From Rickettsiales bacterium (GTDB lineage Bacteria; Pseudomonadota; Alphaproteobacteria; Rickettsiales; UBA1997): 64,000 nucleotides of DNA. How positions within the stretch are numbered: the first letter of the stretch is position 1; the number at the start of each line of letters is the position of its first letter. The stretch lies in the NCBI GenBank assembly GCA_047627215.1, contig JBLHTM010000002.1:158-64157 (forward strand), written 5' to 3'. The translations under genes and the position numbers were made by a program. The notes under the pieces are model-generated. The model was not told where the DNA came from, made no database searches, and worked only from the letters and a program-made list of their open reading frames with translations. This document shows, piece by piece, positions 37,945 through 48,918 of the stretch.

Positions 37945-38496
37945 TTAACGTTGATAAAGGGAAGTGATGGAAGATTTCTCAATCATATTAGCGTTGAGAT
38001 TGTAGCCAATCATTGCAGATGAGGCGGCTGCCGGAACTGATAATTTGGAAACACTTAAAGCATAAACTGTTAATACATAGCGATGCTCTCCGTGTCCTTT
38101 TGGCGGGCAAGGACCTCCATATCCGAAGGTCCCGTAATCATTTTTTCCAAACAAAGCTTTGTCCGTAAAATCTTTCATTTTATAGATCTTGGCATCTGCA
38201 TAATCTGATGATCCAATAGAAGAGGGAATATTATAAGCCAGCCAATGCCACCAGCCACTTCCGGTTGGAGCGTCTGGATCATGGATTGTTATGGCCAGGC
38301 TTTTTGCTGTTTTTGGAATGTTTTTAATATCAATTTTTGGAAAAACATTTTCTCCGAAGCACCCAAAACCGTTAAATACATTAAGGTTGGAAATAGTTTC
38401 TCCTTCTTTGAAATCAGGGCTAGAAATTGTCATTTGAGCATTCGCCAAATTAGGCAGAACAAATAGAAAAATTAAAGAAACGAGGATTTTATTCAT
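37945..38496 (-). CDS. YbhB/YbcL (PEBP/Raf kinase inhibitor-like) family protein, secreted
   Basis: Signal peptide, HDPDAP, and GGPCPPKGHGEHRYVLTVYAL. Confidence 0.8.
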   Translation of the reverse strand: MNKILVSLIFLFVLPNLANAQMTISSPDFKEGETISNLNVFNGFGCFGENVFPKIDIKNIPKTAKSLAITIHDPDAPTGSGWWHWLAYNIPSSIGSSDYADAKIYKMKDFTDKALFGKNDYGTFGYGGPCPPKGHGEHRYVLTVYALSVSKLSVPAAASSAMIGYNLNANMIEKSSITSLYQR

Positions 38497-38572
38497 TTGA
38501 AAAAATAATATTCTGAGGGATTAAATTATGCGCGAAATTAAAAAACAATAAACCTTTAATTGCAACATCAAA

Positions 38573-40540
38573 TCAAAGAGGATCAATGTCAATTTTTACC
38601 CGAACTTTGGATGGAGCTTTGCAGGATTTTAGAACTTGAGAAATCAATTTTTGTAAATTTATTTTTCGATCAACTTTGACATTCAAACAATGATGATAGC
38701 TGTTTTTGACCCTAGATATTGGCATTGGAGCTGGACCAAAAACTTCAATTGCTTTATCAAAAGGGAATTTTCCACGCACAAATTTCGCAAAATCGATCAC
38801 CAAAGCCTCATCCATTCCACTGAATATTAGTGTCGCCATTTTTGAGAAAGGTGGAAAATTCATTGATTTTCGATTCTTTATTTCACTTTCTAAAAACTCA
38901 TCACGCTTATTTTCAATGATACTTTTGAAAACCGAATTTTCTGTATTGTAGGTTTGTAAAACCACTCTTCCGGCATATCGCTCTCTTCCCGCCCTGCCAA
39001 TCACTTGCGTTAGAAGTTGGAATGAGCGTTCCAAAGTGCGTAAATTTCCACTCAAAAAACTTCCGTCGCCATCAACAATTCCCACCAAAGCAAGCGAGGG
39101 GAAATGATGCCCTTTGGCGATCATTTGAGTGCCAATAATGATATCGATTTCATTATCCAAAATTTTCTCAATCAACTCGCCAGCATCTTCATTGCTTTTT
39201 ATATTGTCACTGGTCATTAAGCCAATTCTCGCACTTGGGAAATATTCCAGAACCTCTTCTTGCAACCTCTCAACACCAACCCCGATATTCATCAAACAAT
39301 CTTCTTTGCCACATTCTGGGCATAGATTTTTCATCCGCTGATAATCTCCACAATGATGGCAAGTGAGGCGATTTGTTCTTTGGTGAAAAGTCAGATATGA
39401 ACTACAATTTTTACAAGAAATTTTTGTTCCGCATTCTTTACATAAAGTGATTGGCGCATATCCACGACGATTCAAAAAAAGCAGAGATTGGCGATTATTG
39501 ATTAGATTTTCTTCAAGAAGATTTTTGAGGTGATCGGAAATGAAGTGATTTTTTGGCAATTTTTGCGGGCGCATATCCAGCAAATCGATCGTGGTTTTAT
39601 CTTGATCTCCAAACCTTTGTGTCAATTTTATTAATTCATATTTACCATTTTTTGCATTCAAATAACTTTCCAATGAAGGAGTTGCGGTTGAAAGAATTAT
39701 TGGCAAATTTTCAATTTTTGTCCGAACAATTGCCATGTCACGAGCGTTATAATTGACAACATCCTCCTGTTTGAAACTTGGGTCATGTTCTTCATCGATT
39801 ACAATCAGTCTTAAATTTAAAAAAGGCAAAAATAAAGCCGATCTTGCACCAATTAAAACTCGACATTGGCCACTTGCAATTCTAAAAAATAAATTCCGTT
39901 TTTTACTAGGGCTGATTTTTGAATGCCACAAATCTGGCTCAAAACCAAATTGATCTTTAAATCTTTTACAAAGTTGTGAGGTTAGGGCAATTTCAGGGAG
40001 AAGGATGACGATTTGCGAGTTATCATTTTTCTCCATAATTTTAGCAATTGCCGAGAAATATATTTCTGTTTTTCCAGACCCTGTAACTCCATCAAGTAAA
40101 ATTGTTTGGAATTTATCTGCAGAAATTTTTGCAAGCAACAAATCAGCAGCATCTTTTTGGTCGCCTTCAAGATGTTTCAAATCAATATTTATTTCTTGCT
40201 CCAGATCCTTTGCCTTTCTTTTAGAGTCTTTACTGCTGTTCAAAATAGACAGGCTGAGCTTCAAAACTAAGCCCTTTGGAATCAAATTGTAGGAAGCCAC
40301 AAAATCAATAAATTCCAGCAATTTTGAGTTAAAATTTAATCTTTCTTCCTTCTCAATAACATTTTTTATTTTTTTGACATCAATCTGATTTTCTTGATCA
40401 AAACCAACCACAACTCCAAAAACTTCTTTATTGCGAAAAGGAACTTTTACCACATCCCCAATTTGCAGATTTAAATCTTCAGCAAAGAAATAGCTAAAGC
40501 CATAATCGAACGGAATTGGTAATAAAACTTGGCAAATCAT
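38573..40540 (-). CDS. priA: Primosomal protein N' (replication restart helicase)
   Basis: Walker A GVTGSGKT, DEEHD, and Cys-rich zinc-binding region (CKECG...CKNC...CHHCG...CPECG). Confidence 0.9.
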   Translation of the reverse strand: MICQVLLPIPFDYGFSYFFAEDLNLQIGDVVKVPFRNKEVFGVVVGFDQENQIDVKKIKNVIEKEERLNFNSKLLEFIDFVASYNLIPKGLVLKLSLSILNSSKDSKRKAKDLEQEINIDLKHLEGDQKDAADLLLAKISADKFQTILLDGVTGSGKTEIYFSAIAKIMEKNDNSQIVILLPEIALTSQLCKRFKDQFGFEPDLWHSKISPSKKRNLFFRIASGQCRVLIGARSALFLPFLNLRLIVIDEEHDPSFKQEDVVNYNARDMAIVRTKIENLPIILSTATPSLESYLNAKNGKYELIKLTQRFGDQDKTTIDLLDMRPQKLPKNHFISDHLKNLLEENLINNRQSLLFLNRRGYAPITLCKECGTKISCKNCSSYLTFHQRTNRLTCHHCGDYQRMKNLCPECGKEDCLMNIGVGVERLQEEVLEYFPSARIGLMTSDNIKSNEDAGELIEKILDNEIDIIIGTQMIAKGHHFPSLALVGIVDGDGSFLSGNLRTLERSFQLLTQVIGRAGRERYAGRVVLQTYNTENSVFKSIIENKRDEFLESEIKNRKSMNFPPFSKMATLIFSGMDEALVIDFAKFVRGKFPFDKAIEVFGPAPMPISRVKNSYHHCLNVKVDRKINLQKLISQVLKSCKAPSKVRVKIDIDPL

Positions 40541-40727
40541 TTTAAGAATATCTTAATTTAATATGTTCCTCCCTATTTGGGGGGAGCGAGTTGTTGCGCT
40601 AGCACAACGGTGGGGGAAAATAATGAAAGATGTGCATATTTTCCTTCATTTATCTTGATTTAAAGAGAGTTTGGGGTTAAAAAATGCGGCTCTTTTTATC
40701 CTCACTCTAAATCTAACTAATCATAAT

Positions 40728-41384
40728 ATGAAGTTTTTTATTGACTCTGCCGACACTGATGTGATCAAAAAATTATCTAGCTACGGCTTGATTGATGGCG
40801 TGACTACAAACCCGTCAATAATCGCTAAATCTGGTCGCGATTTTATTGAAGTTATTAAAGAAATTTGCTCAATTGTTGAAGGTCCTGTGAGCGCAGAAGT
40901 AGCGTCAACCAATTACGAAGGAATGGTTCGTGAAGGAGAAATCTTGGCCAAACTAGCTAAAAATGTTTGCATTAAACTTCCCCTAACTATGGATGGATTG
41001 AAAGCTTGTAAATATTTTTCTGATCAAGGAGTTAAAACAAATGTTACTCTTTGCTTTTCTGCCGCTCAAGCAATTCTAGCTGCCAAAGCTGGCGCTACTT
41101 ACGTGTCTCCATTTGTTGGAAGATTGGATGATATCGGACAAGATGGAATGGAATTGATCGCTGAAATTTGCGACATTTACAGCAATTATCCAGACTTTAA
41201 AACTGAAGTTTTGGTTGCGTCAATTAGAAATCCAATCCACATAACCGCCGCTGCCAGAATGGGAGCTGATGTTGCGACTATTCCAGCAAAAGTTTTAGAA
41301 CAATTGGTTTCTCATCCATTAACTACTTCTGGTTTAGAAACTTTCGTAAAAGATTGGGCAGCTACAGGGCAAAAAATTGTTTAA
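40728..41384 (+). CDS. tal: Transaldolase (short, fructose-6-phosphate aldolase-like type)
   Basis: [15 protein letters not shown]...GVTTNPS, KLP, and SPFVGRLDD. Confidence 0.9.
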   Translation: MKFFIDSADTDVIKKLSSYGLIDGVTTNPSIIAKSGRDFIEVIKEICSIVEGPVSAEVASTNYEGMVREGEILAKLAKNVCIKLPLTMDGLKACKYFSDQGVKTNVTLCFSAAQAILAAKAGATYVSPFVGRLDDIGQDGMELIAEICDIYSNYPDFKTEVLVASIRNPIHITAAARMGADVATIPAKVLEQLVSHPLTTSGLETFVKDWAATGQKIV

Positions 41385-41387
41385 TTA

Positions 41388-42152
41388 ATGCCAAAAAAGA
41401 AAAAAAGACCAAGTTGGTTTGACATAAAAACCAAATTTAAAAAAATTATCCGCAGCATTTTCTACACCAAAATCGGACAAGATTTTGTTTGTTTTGCTGT
41501 TGCGGGTTATGTTAAAGCGGTTTATTACAGCAGTAAGGTCAAAATTGTCCACAATGAATCTGTCGTACAAAGATTCAAAGATGGAAAATCCGTTATCATA
41601 TCTTCTTGGCACAACCAGATAATGATGACACCTTTTGTGGCAATTCACGCAAAAAAAGTTAATTCGAAAAAAAAACTTGCCGCCCTCGCCTCAAAACATG
41701 GCGATGGTAAATTTGTTGGCAAGGTGATGGGGAAATTCGGAATCATTAATATTGCCGGATCAACAAAAGATGGAAGAAAATCGAGCAGAGGAATTGACAT
41801 GCATGGTTTGAAGGAAATTTTTAGAGCCTTAAAAAACCAACTAGGAATCGCCATAACTCCAGATGGACCAAGAGGTCCGGCGCAAAAAATAAATGGTGAG
41901 GTGATAAAAATTGCCAGATTATCTGGATCACCAATTGTTCCAATTGGGGTTGCTTGCTCTGGAGTTATTGAGCTTCGAACTTGGGATAAATTCAAAATTC
42001 CGCTGCCTTTTAGTGTGGTCACTTATTATTACGGAGAAGAATTTTTTATCGATAAAGATGTTAAAGATGATGAAATTCCAGCTTTGAATTTGCTTCTAGA
42101 AGCAAAAATGAATTTTGCTGTCGAACAAGCTAATAAAAAAATTAAAAACTAA
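41388..42152 (+). CDS. DUF374 (lysophospholipid acyltransferase-like) family protein
   Basis: SKHGDG..., and ITPDGPRGPAQK....IARLSGSPIVPIG. Confidence 0.7.
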   Translation: MPKKKKRPSWFDIKTKFKKIIRSIFYTKIGQDFVCFAVAGYVKAVYYSSKVKIVHNESVVQRFKDGKSVIISSWHNQIMMTPFVAIHAKKVNSKKKLAALASKHGDGKFVGKVMGKFGIINIAGSTKDGRKSSRGIDMHGLKEIFRALKNQLGIAITPDGPRGPAQKINGEVIKIARLSGSPIVPIGVACSGVIELRTWDKFKIPLPFSVVTYYYGEEFFIDKDVKDDEIPALNLLLEAKMNFAVEQANKKIKN

Positions 42153-42164
42153 CTAAAAACTACA

Positions 42165-43346
42165 ATGCAAAAACAAGTAGATTTAAAAAACATGACCATC
42201 AATTTTGGCCCTCAGCATCCTGCTGCTCACGGGGTTTTGAGATTGGTTTTGGAAATGGATGGCGAAGTGATTGAAAGAGCTGATCCACATATTGGCTTGT
42301 TGCATCGCGGAACTGAAAAGTTGATGGAGAACAAAACATATTTACAGGCTTTACCATATTTGGATCGCCTTGATTATGTTGCTCCAATGTGTCAAGAACA
42401 CGCTTATTCTTTGGCTGTTGAAAAGCTCCTTAACGTTCAAATACCACTTCGCGGTCAATATATAAGGGTTTTATTTTCTGAAATCACCAGAGTTCTAAAT
42501 CACATAATGGCAATCACCACCCAAGCTTTGGATGTTGGTGCGATGACCCCACTTTTGTGGCTCTTTGAAGAAAGAGAAAAAATGCTTGGTTTTTATGAAA
42601 GAGTTTCAGGATCCAGAATGCACGCCGCCTATATTCGCCCAGGAGGAGTTCATCAAGATTTACCAAAAGGATTGCTTGAAGATATTTCTGAGTTCGCCAA
42701 TGGTTTTATAAAATATCTCGATGATTTAGAAAATCTTTTGACAGACAACAGAATTTTCAAACAAAGAATGGTTGGAGTTGGGGTGGTGACACCTGAAGAA
42801 GCTTTGGATTGGGGTTTCACTGGACCAATGATCCGTGGATCAGGAATTGCTTGGGATCTTAGAAAATCACAGCCTTATGAAGTTTATGACAAAATGGAAT
42901 TTGATGTTCCTGTTGGCAAAAACGGCGATTCTTACGACCGATATTTGATTCGCGTTGAAGAAATGCGCCAATCAATTGGAATTATCAAACAATGTGTGGC
43001 ACAAATGCCAGAAGGTGCGTTTTCAACTACTGACAAAAAAATCACTCCACCGAAAAGATCAGACATGAAATCTTCAATGGAAGCGATGATTCATCATTTC
43101 AAGCTTTATACTGAAGGATATCACGTTCCAAAAGGTGAATCCTATGGATGTGTTGAGGCGCCGAAAGGTGAATTCGGAGTATACATCATGGCTGATGGTA
43201 GCAATAAACCATACCGTTCTCGCCTTCGAGCTCCGGGATTTGTTCATCTTCAAGCATTAGATTTTATGGTTAAAGGTCACTATTTAGCTGATGTAGTAAC
43301 TATAATTTCTACTCAAGACATCGTATTTGGCGAAGTTGATCGCTGA
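42165..43346 (+). CDS. nuoD: NADH-quinone oxidoreductase subunit D
   Basis: [28 protein letters not shown], and the C-terminal DIVFGEVDR. Confidence 0.95.
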   Translation: MQKQVDLKNMTINFGPQHPAAHGVLRLVLEMDGEVIERADPHIGLLHRGTEKLMENKTYLQALPYLDRLDYVAPMCQEHAYSLAVEKLLNVQIPLRGQYIRVLFSEITRVLNHIMAITTQALDVGAMTPLLWLFEEREKMLGFYERVSGSRMHAAYIRPGGVHQDLPKGLLEDISEFANGFIKYLDDLENLLTDNRIFKQRMVGVGVVTPEEALDWGFTGPMIRGSGIAWDLRKSQPYEVYDKMEFDVPVGKNGDSYDRYLIRVEEMRQSIGIIKQCVAQMPEGAFSTTDKKITPPKRSDMKSSMEAMIHHFKLYTEGYHVPKGESYGCVEAPKGEFGVYIMADGSNKPYRSRLRAPGFVHLQALDFMVKGHYLADVVTIISTQDIVFGEVDR

Positions 43347-43383
43347 TTTTAACTAAAATTTAAAAACTTTTAAAACTCAAAAA

Positions 43384-44331
43384 ATGAAAAAAATACTCGT
43401 AACCGGAGCAATTGGACAGATTGGCTCAGAATTAGTTGACGCACTTCGTGCAAAATTTGGCGCGGAAAATGTTGTTGCTTCCGATCTTCGTGAGCCGGCA
43501 AATATTGAAGTATTTAAGCCTTTTGAAATATTGGATGTTTTGGACAAAAGAGGTTTAGAAAATGTCGTTAAAAAACACAATATTAACATAATTTATCACC
43601 TTGCTGCGATTCTTTCTGCCGCTGGCGAAAAAAATCCATTCCTTTGCTGGGATGTCAACATGAACGGACTTTACAATGTTTTGGAAGTTGCTCGCGAAAT
43701 GAATTTGGATCAAATAATTTGCCCAAGCTCAATTGCAGTTTTTGGCCCTGAAACTCCTCGCCAAAACACTCCCCAAGAAACTGTAATGTTGCCAAAAACA
43801 ATTTATGGTGTGACCAAAGCTTCTGGTGAACTTTTGTGTGAATATTATGTTGCTAAATTCGGTGTTGATGTTCGCGGAATAAGATATCCTGGTTTGATTA
43901 GTCACACAGCTCTTCCAGGTGGAGGAACTACAGATTATGCGGTTGATATTTTTTATGAAGCAATTAGAAACAAAAAATATACTTGTTTTTTGAGTGAAGA
44001 CACAATGATGCCATTGATGTATATGCCTGATGCAATTCGCGGAACTATGGATTTATCTGACGCTCCTTTTGAATCTTTAAAACATCATTCAAATTTCAAC
44101 TTTGCGGCAATGAGTTTTTCATGCAAAGAGCTTTTTGAAGAAATTAAAAAACATATTCCTGAATTTGAAATTGAATATAAACCAGATTTCAGACAAGCAA
44201 TTGCTGATACTTGGCCACAATCAATTGACGATGCTGCATCAAGATCTGAGTGGAATTGGAAACCAGAATATGATTTACCAAGAATGGTTGCCGATATGCT
44301 TGAAAATTTGACAAAAAAATTAACTAACTAA
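43384..44331 (+). CDS. tdh: SDR-type (epimerase-fold) L-threonine 3-dehydrogenase
   Basis: ILVTGAIGQIGSEL...FGAENVVASDLREP and YGVTK. It lies adjacent to kbl. Confidence 0.7.
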   Translation: MKKILVTGAIGQIGSELVDALRAKFGAENVVASDLREPANIEVFKPFEILDVLDKRGLENVVKKHNINIIYHLAAILSAAGEKNPFLCWDVNMNGLYNVLEVAREMNLDQIICPSSIAVFGPETPRQNTPQETVMLPKTIYGVTKASGELLCEYYVAKFGVDVRGIRYPGLISHTALPGGGTTDYAVDIFYEAIRNKKYTCFLSEDTMMPLMYMPDAIRGTMDLSDAPFESLKHHSNFNFAAMSFSCKELFEEIKKHIPEFEIEYKPDFRQAIADTWPQSIDDAASRSEWNWKPEYDLPRMVADMLENLTKKLTN

Positions 44332-44340
44332 ATTAAAACA

Positions 44341-44479
44341 TCTTCTCACAATATCAGATTCTTGTCTTCCCGTGCTTGACACGGGATCTCGTGAGAAGGA
44401 GCACAACTCATGAGTTACCGGATGAAGATTTTTTAAGTCAGCAAAGCTGACTAACAAAATCTAGCTCCGGCATGACGGA
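44341..44479 (-). repeat. Short derivative of the MITE family (copy E) between tdh and kbl
   Basis: Nested hairpin TCTTCTCAC..CCCGTG-CTTGA-CACGGG..GTGAGAAGG, then the core CATGAGTTACCGGATGAAGATTTTTTAAGTCAGCAAAGCTGACT..CCGGCATGACGG. Confidence 0.7.
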
Positions 44480-44503
44480 TTTAACAATTAAACAAACAAC
44501 AAA

Positions 44504-45715
44504 ATGATCAAAAAAGAATTCATCAGTAACATCGCATCTGAATTAGAAAATCTAAAATCAGAAGGTCTTTACAAAGCAGAATATGCCATCACCTCTTCAC
44601 AGGGCCCTGAAGTTGATATTATTGATCAAAATGGAGATAAAAAATCTGTACTCAATTTTTGTGCTAACAATTATTTGGGTTTGGCAGATGATTTACAGCT
44701 TCGTGAGGTTGCCAAAAAAGCTATCGATAAATATGGATTTGGTACCGCTTCAGTTCGCTTTATTTGTGGAACAATTGACATCAACCAAGAGTTTGAAAAA
44801 AAGATGGCAGAATTTTTGGGTTATGAGGATGTTATCACTTACAGCTCTTGTTTTGCTGCCAATAACGGTGTTTTTGCTGCATTGTTTGACAAAGAAGACG
44901 CAATCATTTCCGCAGATTTGAACCACGCTAGTTTGATTGATGGAATCAGACTTTCAAAAGCGCAAAGATTTTTCTACAAATTTGATAGCATGTCTGATTT
45001 GGAAGAAAAAATCAAAGATGCACTACCTACTTCAAAGAATAGAATCATTGTTACTGACGGAGTTTTTTCAATGGATGGGGATATTGCTAAATTAAAAGAA
45101 ATTTGTGACTTAGCTGAAAAATATGATTGTATGGTTTTGGTTGACGATTGCCACGCAACCGGTTTTATTGGTGAAAATGGTCTTGGCACAATTGAACATT
45201 GTGAAGTTTTAGGAAGGGTTGATATTTTGACCAGCACACTCGGAAAAGCTCTTGGCGGCGCTAGTGGAGGATTTATAGCTTCGCGCAAGGAAATAATCGA
45301 CAAACTTCGCAACAAAAGCCGTCCTTACTTATTTTCTAACAACACTATTGCTTGTGTTTCTGCGGTCTCTTTGGAAATATTGAATCGACTCAAAACTTCA
45401 AAAGATTTGATTCAGAAACTCGCTGACAATACTGCTTATTTTAGATCAAAAATGGTTGAAGCAGGATTTGATGTTCGCAAAGGAGTTCATCCTGTTGCGC
45501 CAATAATGCTTTATGATGCCAAAATTGCCTCAGCCATGGCAAAAGATTTGACAGAAAATGAAGGAATTTATGTTGTTGCCTTCTCGTTTCCTGTGGTTCC
45601 AAAAGGTGAAGCTCGAATCAGAGTTCAAATTTCCGCCGCCCACACAAAAGATCATTTGGATCTTGCAATTGCTGCATTTATTAGGGTTGGCAAAAAGCAC
45701 AAAGTGATTAGTTAG
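44504..45715 (+). CDS. kbl: Glycine C-acetyltransferase (2-amino-3-ketobutyrate CoA ligase)
   Basis: NFCANNYLGL, DDCHATGF, and TSTLGKALGG (PLP-binding lysine). Confidence 0.9.
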   Translation: MIKKEFISNIASELENLKSEGLYKAEYAITSSQGPEVDIIDQNGDKKSVLNFCANNYLGLADDLQLREVAKKAIDKYGFGTASVRFICGTIDINQEFEKKMAEFLGYEDVITYSSCFAANNGVFAALFDKEDAIISADLNHASLIDGIRLSKAQRFFYKFDSMSDLEEKIKDALPTSKNRIIVTDGVFSMDGDIAKLKEICDLAEKYDCMVLVDDCHATGFIGENGLGTIEHCEVLGRVDILTSTLGKALGGASGGFIASRKEIIDKLRNKSRPYLFSNNTIACVSAVSLEILNRLKTSKDLIQKLADNTAYFRSKMVEAGFDVRKGVHPVAPIMLYDAKIASAMAKDLTENEGIYVVAFSFPVVPKGEARIRVQISAAHTKDHLDLAIAAFIRVGKKHKVIS

Positions 45716-45728
45716 TTTTAAAAATTTA

Positions 45729-46922
45729 ATGAAATCATTTGATGTAATAATAATTGGCGGTGGAGCTGCAGGATTAATGTGCGCTGCCGCTGCCAAAGAT
45801 CGCGGAAGAAAAGTTTTGCTTCTAGAACATGCTGATTCGGTTGGGAAAAAAATTCGTATCTCTGGGGGAGGTAGGTGCAATTTTACCAACATTCACAATT
45901 CACCAAAAAATTTCCTTTCTGAAAATCCTCATTTCTGCGTTTCAGCTTTAAAAAGATTCACTTCGCAAGATTTTATTGATTTGGTCAAAAAACACCAAAT
46001 CGACTTTCATGAAAAAACTCTGGGACAACTTTTTTGCGACGGTTCGTCAAAGCAAATCATCGAAATGCTCTTAAAGATGTGTGATGATGAGAATTCATCA
46101 AAAAAAGTTGCAATTTGGACGGAAGCAAAAATTGAAGGAATTAATAAAAACAGTGAAGAATTATTTGAAATAAAAACGAGCTTAGGAATTGTAAATTGTG
46201 AATCTCTTATTATTGCAACGGGAGCTCCTTCAATTCCAAAGATGGGCGCTACTAGTTTTGGATATGAAATTGCTAGACAGTTTGGATTAAAAATCACCCA
46301 AACCATTCCCGCCCTTGTTCCACTGACATTCACTGAAGATCTTTTAAATAAAACTAAGCTTCTATCAGGTGTCTCCTTGGAATGCTTTGTTTCGGTAAGG
46401 AAAGTAAAATTTCGAGAAGGGGTTTTGTTTACTCATCGCGGGATTAGTGGTCCTGCAATTTTGCAAATTTCCTCTTATTGGCAACCAAAAGAGGAAATTA
46501 CTATTAATTTTTCACCAGATATTGAGGTTTTTTCTTGGCTGAAAAAAGAAAAAGAAATCAAGGCCAAGCAAGAAATCAAGAGTGTTTTAGCAAAAATATT
46601 GCCACGTAGTTTTGTAAATTTTGCGGTTGATGAAATTGGTTTTTCAGGAAATTTGGCTGATTTTTCAAATTTAAAACTAAAGCAAATTGGTGATTTTGTT
46701 AATAGTTGGAAAGTTGTTCCAAGTGGAACGGAAGGTTTTGCCAAAGCGGAGGTAACTTTGGGAGGAGTTAGAACTGATGAAATTTCTTCAAAAACATTTG
46801 AAGCAAAGAAAGTTTCAGGATTGTTCTTTGTTGGAGAAGTTTTGGATGTGACTGGACATTTGGGTGGTCACAATTTCCAGTGGGCGTGGGCTTCTGGTTT
46901 TGCTGCTGGACAGGTAGCTTAG
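45729..46922 (+). CDS. HI0933/BaiN-family NAD(P)/FAD-dependent oxidoreductase
   Basis: FDVIIIGGGAAGLMCA, SGGGRCNFTN, and the C-terminal GGHNFQWAWASG. Confidence 0.8.
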   Translation: MKSFDVIIIGGGAAGLMCAAAAKDRGRKVLLLEHADSVGKKIRISGGGRCNFTNIHNSPKNFLSENPHFCVSALKRFTSQDFIDLVKKHQIDFHEKTLGQLFCDGSSKQIIEMLLKMCDDENSSKKVAIWTEAKIEGINKNSEELFEIKTSLGIVNCESLIIATGAPSIPKMGATSFGYEIARQFGLKITQTIPALVPLTFTEDLLNKTKLLSGVSLECFVSVRKVKFREGVLFTHRGISGPAILQISSYWQPKEEITINFSPDIEVFSWLKKEKEIKAKQEIKSVLAKILPRSFVNFAVDEIGFSGNLADFSNLKLKQIGDFVNSWKVVPSGTEGFAKAEVTLGGVRTDEISSKTFEAKKVSGLFFVGEVLDVTGHLGGHNFQWAWASGFAAGQVA

Positions 46923-46970
46923 GATATGGTGATGAGTGACTTTAAAAATCATCACTCACAAATCAAAATT

Positions 46971-47846
46971 CTAAATCAATCCCAATTTTAGCATTTCATT
47001 TCTGACTTTCTCTTGCGCTGCCTCCGAAGGATTGGTCAGAGGAAGGCGGATTTCTTGTTTGCAAATTCCCATTAAAGATGCGGCATATTTTACTGGAATT
47101 GGATTGGTTTCGCAGAACATTGCCAAATTCAATGCAGTCAATTGATCTTGGATTTCTAAGGCAGTTTTGTAATCTCCGCTTTTTGTCGCTTTTTGTAAAT
47201 CAACGCAAAGTTTTGGCGTAATATTTGCCACAACTGAAATCATTCCTGATCCACCCATAGCATTGAATCCGACTGCGGTTGTGTCATCCCCTGAAAAAAT
47301 TGAAAAATCTTTTGATACTAAAAGCCTTAGAGAAGCAACTCTTGCCAAGTCCCCAGTGGCATCTTTAACCCCAACGATATTTTTTAGTTTTGACAATTTA
47401 GCCAAATTTTCGTCAGAAATATTGACGATTGATCGACCCGGGATGTTGTAGATGATGATTGGAATGTCGCAATTATCATTAATTGCTTTGAAATGTTGGT
47501 AAATTCCTTCTGGCGTTGGCTTGTTGTAGTATGGGGCAACAACCAGAGCAGCGTCTGCGCCAGATTTTTTGGCGTACCTTGTGGTCATTATTGCCTCAGA
47601 AGTGGAGTTTGATCCGGTTCCTGCGATCACCTTGACTCTCTTGTTGGCGATTTTTACGGCCAGATCAATCACCAAATTATGTTCGGCGTGAGTCAGGGTT
47701 GGAGACTCTCCAGTTGTGCCGCAAGGGATGATTCCATCGGCGCCATTTTCGATTTGAAATTCGATCAATTTCTCAAAAGCAGCCTCATCGATTTTGTCAT
47801 TTTGAAAAGGAGTAATTAATGCTGTGTACAAACCTGAGAATAACAT
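46971..47846 (-). CDS. dapA: 4-hydroxy-tetrahydrodipicolinate synthase
   Basis: GTTGESPTL, YNKP, YNIPGR, and KDA. Confidence 0.9.
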   Translation of the reverse strand: MLFSGLYTALITPFQNDKIDEAAFEKLIEFQIENGADGIIPCGTTGESPTLTHAEHNLVIDLAVKIANKRVKVIAGTGSNSTSEAIMTTRYAKKSGADAALVVAPYYNKPTPEGIYQHFKAINDNCDIPIIIYNIPGRSIVNISDENLAKLSKLKNIVGVKDATGDLARVASLRLLVSKDFSIFSGDDTTAVGFNAMGGSGMISVVANITPKLCVDLQKATKSGDYKTALEIQDQLTALNLAMFCETNPIPVKYAASLMGICKQEIRLPLTNPSEAAQEKVRNEMLKLGLI

Positions 47847-47956
47847 TTTAAAAAACTTGATTTATTGATGGATAATTTATAAATTTGCCGATCATTATTG
47901 ATGGGCCTTTAGAGCCCAAATATTCTTAGATCCTAGTTAAATTACAACCCCTAAAA

Positions 47957-48322
47957 ATGGATAATCTACTTACCGAATACCTTCCAATCTTACTATTCTT
48001 CGGAGTTGCGTCCGGACTGTCTTTAACAATATTGGTCATTCCTTTTATTCTTGCTAAAAGAACTCCTGATGCTGAAAAAAACTCTCCGTATGAATGTGGA
48101 TTTGAAGGAGTTGGTCAGGCCCGTAATGAATTTGATGTGCAATTCTATTTGGTAGCAATTCTCTTCATAATTTTTGATTTGGAAATTGCATTTTTATTCC
48201 CTTTTGCAGTCTCTCTTGGAACGATTGGTGTTTTTGGTTTTTGGTCAATGATGGTTTTTTTAACATTATTGACTGTTGGATTTGTTTATGAATGGAAAAG
48301 AGGAGCTTTAGAATGGAGATAA
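47957..48322 (+). CDS. nuoA: NADH-quinone oxidoreductase subunit A
   Basis: Three TM helices, PYECGF, and [13 protein letters not shown]. Confidence 0.9.
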   Translation: MDNLLTEYLPILLFFGVASGLSLTILVIPFILAKRTPDAEKNSPYECGFEGVGQARNEFDVQFYLVAILFIIFDLEIAFLFPFAVSLGTIGVFGFWSMMVFLTLLTVGFVYEWKRGALEWR

Positions 48323-48858
48323 TTAACAACGTTAAAAATACCCAAATGATCAGCCCGCTCAATCAAGATGGAATCTTGAATAGTGCGATGGATGAAATGA
48401 AAGATCGAGGTTTTGTTTTGGCAAAATTGGATGATCTTTCCAATTGGGCAAGAACTGGATCTCTTTGGCCAATGACTTTTGGTCTGGCTTGTTGTGCGGT
48501 GGAAATGATGCAAACTGCTGCTAGCAAATATGATCTTGATCGCTTCGGAATGGTATTCAGACCTTCCCCACGTCAATCTGACGTGATGATCGTTGCGGGA
48601 ACTCTGACCAATAAAATGGCACCAGCAATGCGTAAGGTTTATGACCAGATGGCAGAGCCAAGATATGTGATTTCAATGGGATCTTGTGCCAATGGTGGTG
48701 GATATTATCATTATTCTTATTCAGTTGTTCGTGGTTGTGACCGTATTGTTCCAGTTGATATTTATGTTCCTGGATGCCCCCCAACCGCAGAGGCTTTGCT
48801 TTATGGAGTTTTACAACTTCAAAGAAAAATCAAAAGAACTGGAAAATTTAGACGTTAA
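48313..48858 (+). CDS. nuoB: NADH-quinone oxidoreductase subunit B
   Basis: [20 protein letters not shown], and PGCPP. The start is set at the ATG overlapping the nuoA stop, and the ATG at 48292 is an alternative. Confidence 0.9.
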   Translation: MEIINNVKNTQMISPLNQDGILNSAMDEMKDRGFVLAKLDDLSNWARTGSLWPMTFGLACCAVEMMQTAASKYDLDRFGMVFRPSPRQSDVMIVAGTLTNKMAPAMRKVYDQMAEPRYVISMGSCANGGGYYHYSYSVVRGCDRIVPVDIYVPGCPPTAEALLYGVLQLQRKIKRTGKFRR

Positions 48859-48918
48859 TAATATTCCTCATTGCTAATGAGAATATTTGATTTTCCAGAG
48901 AAACAGAAAAATAAAATT

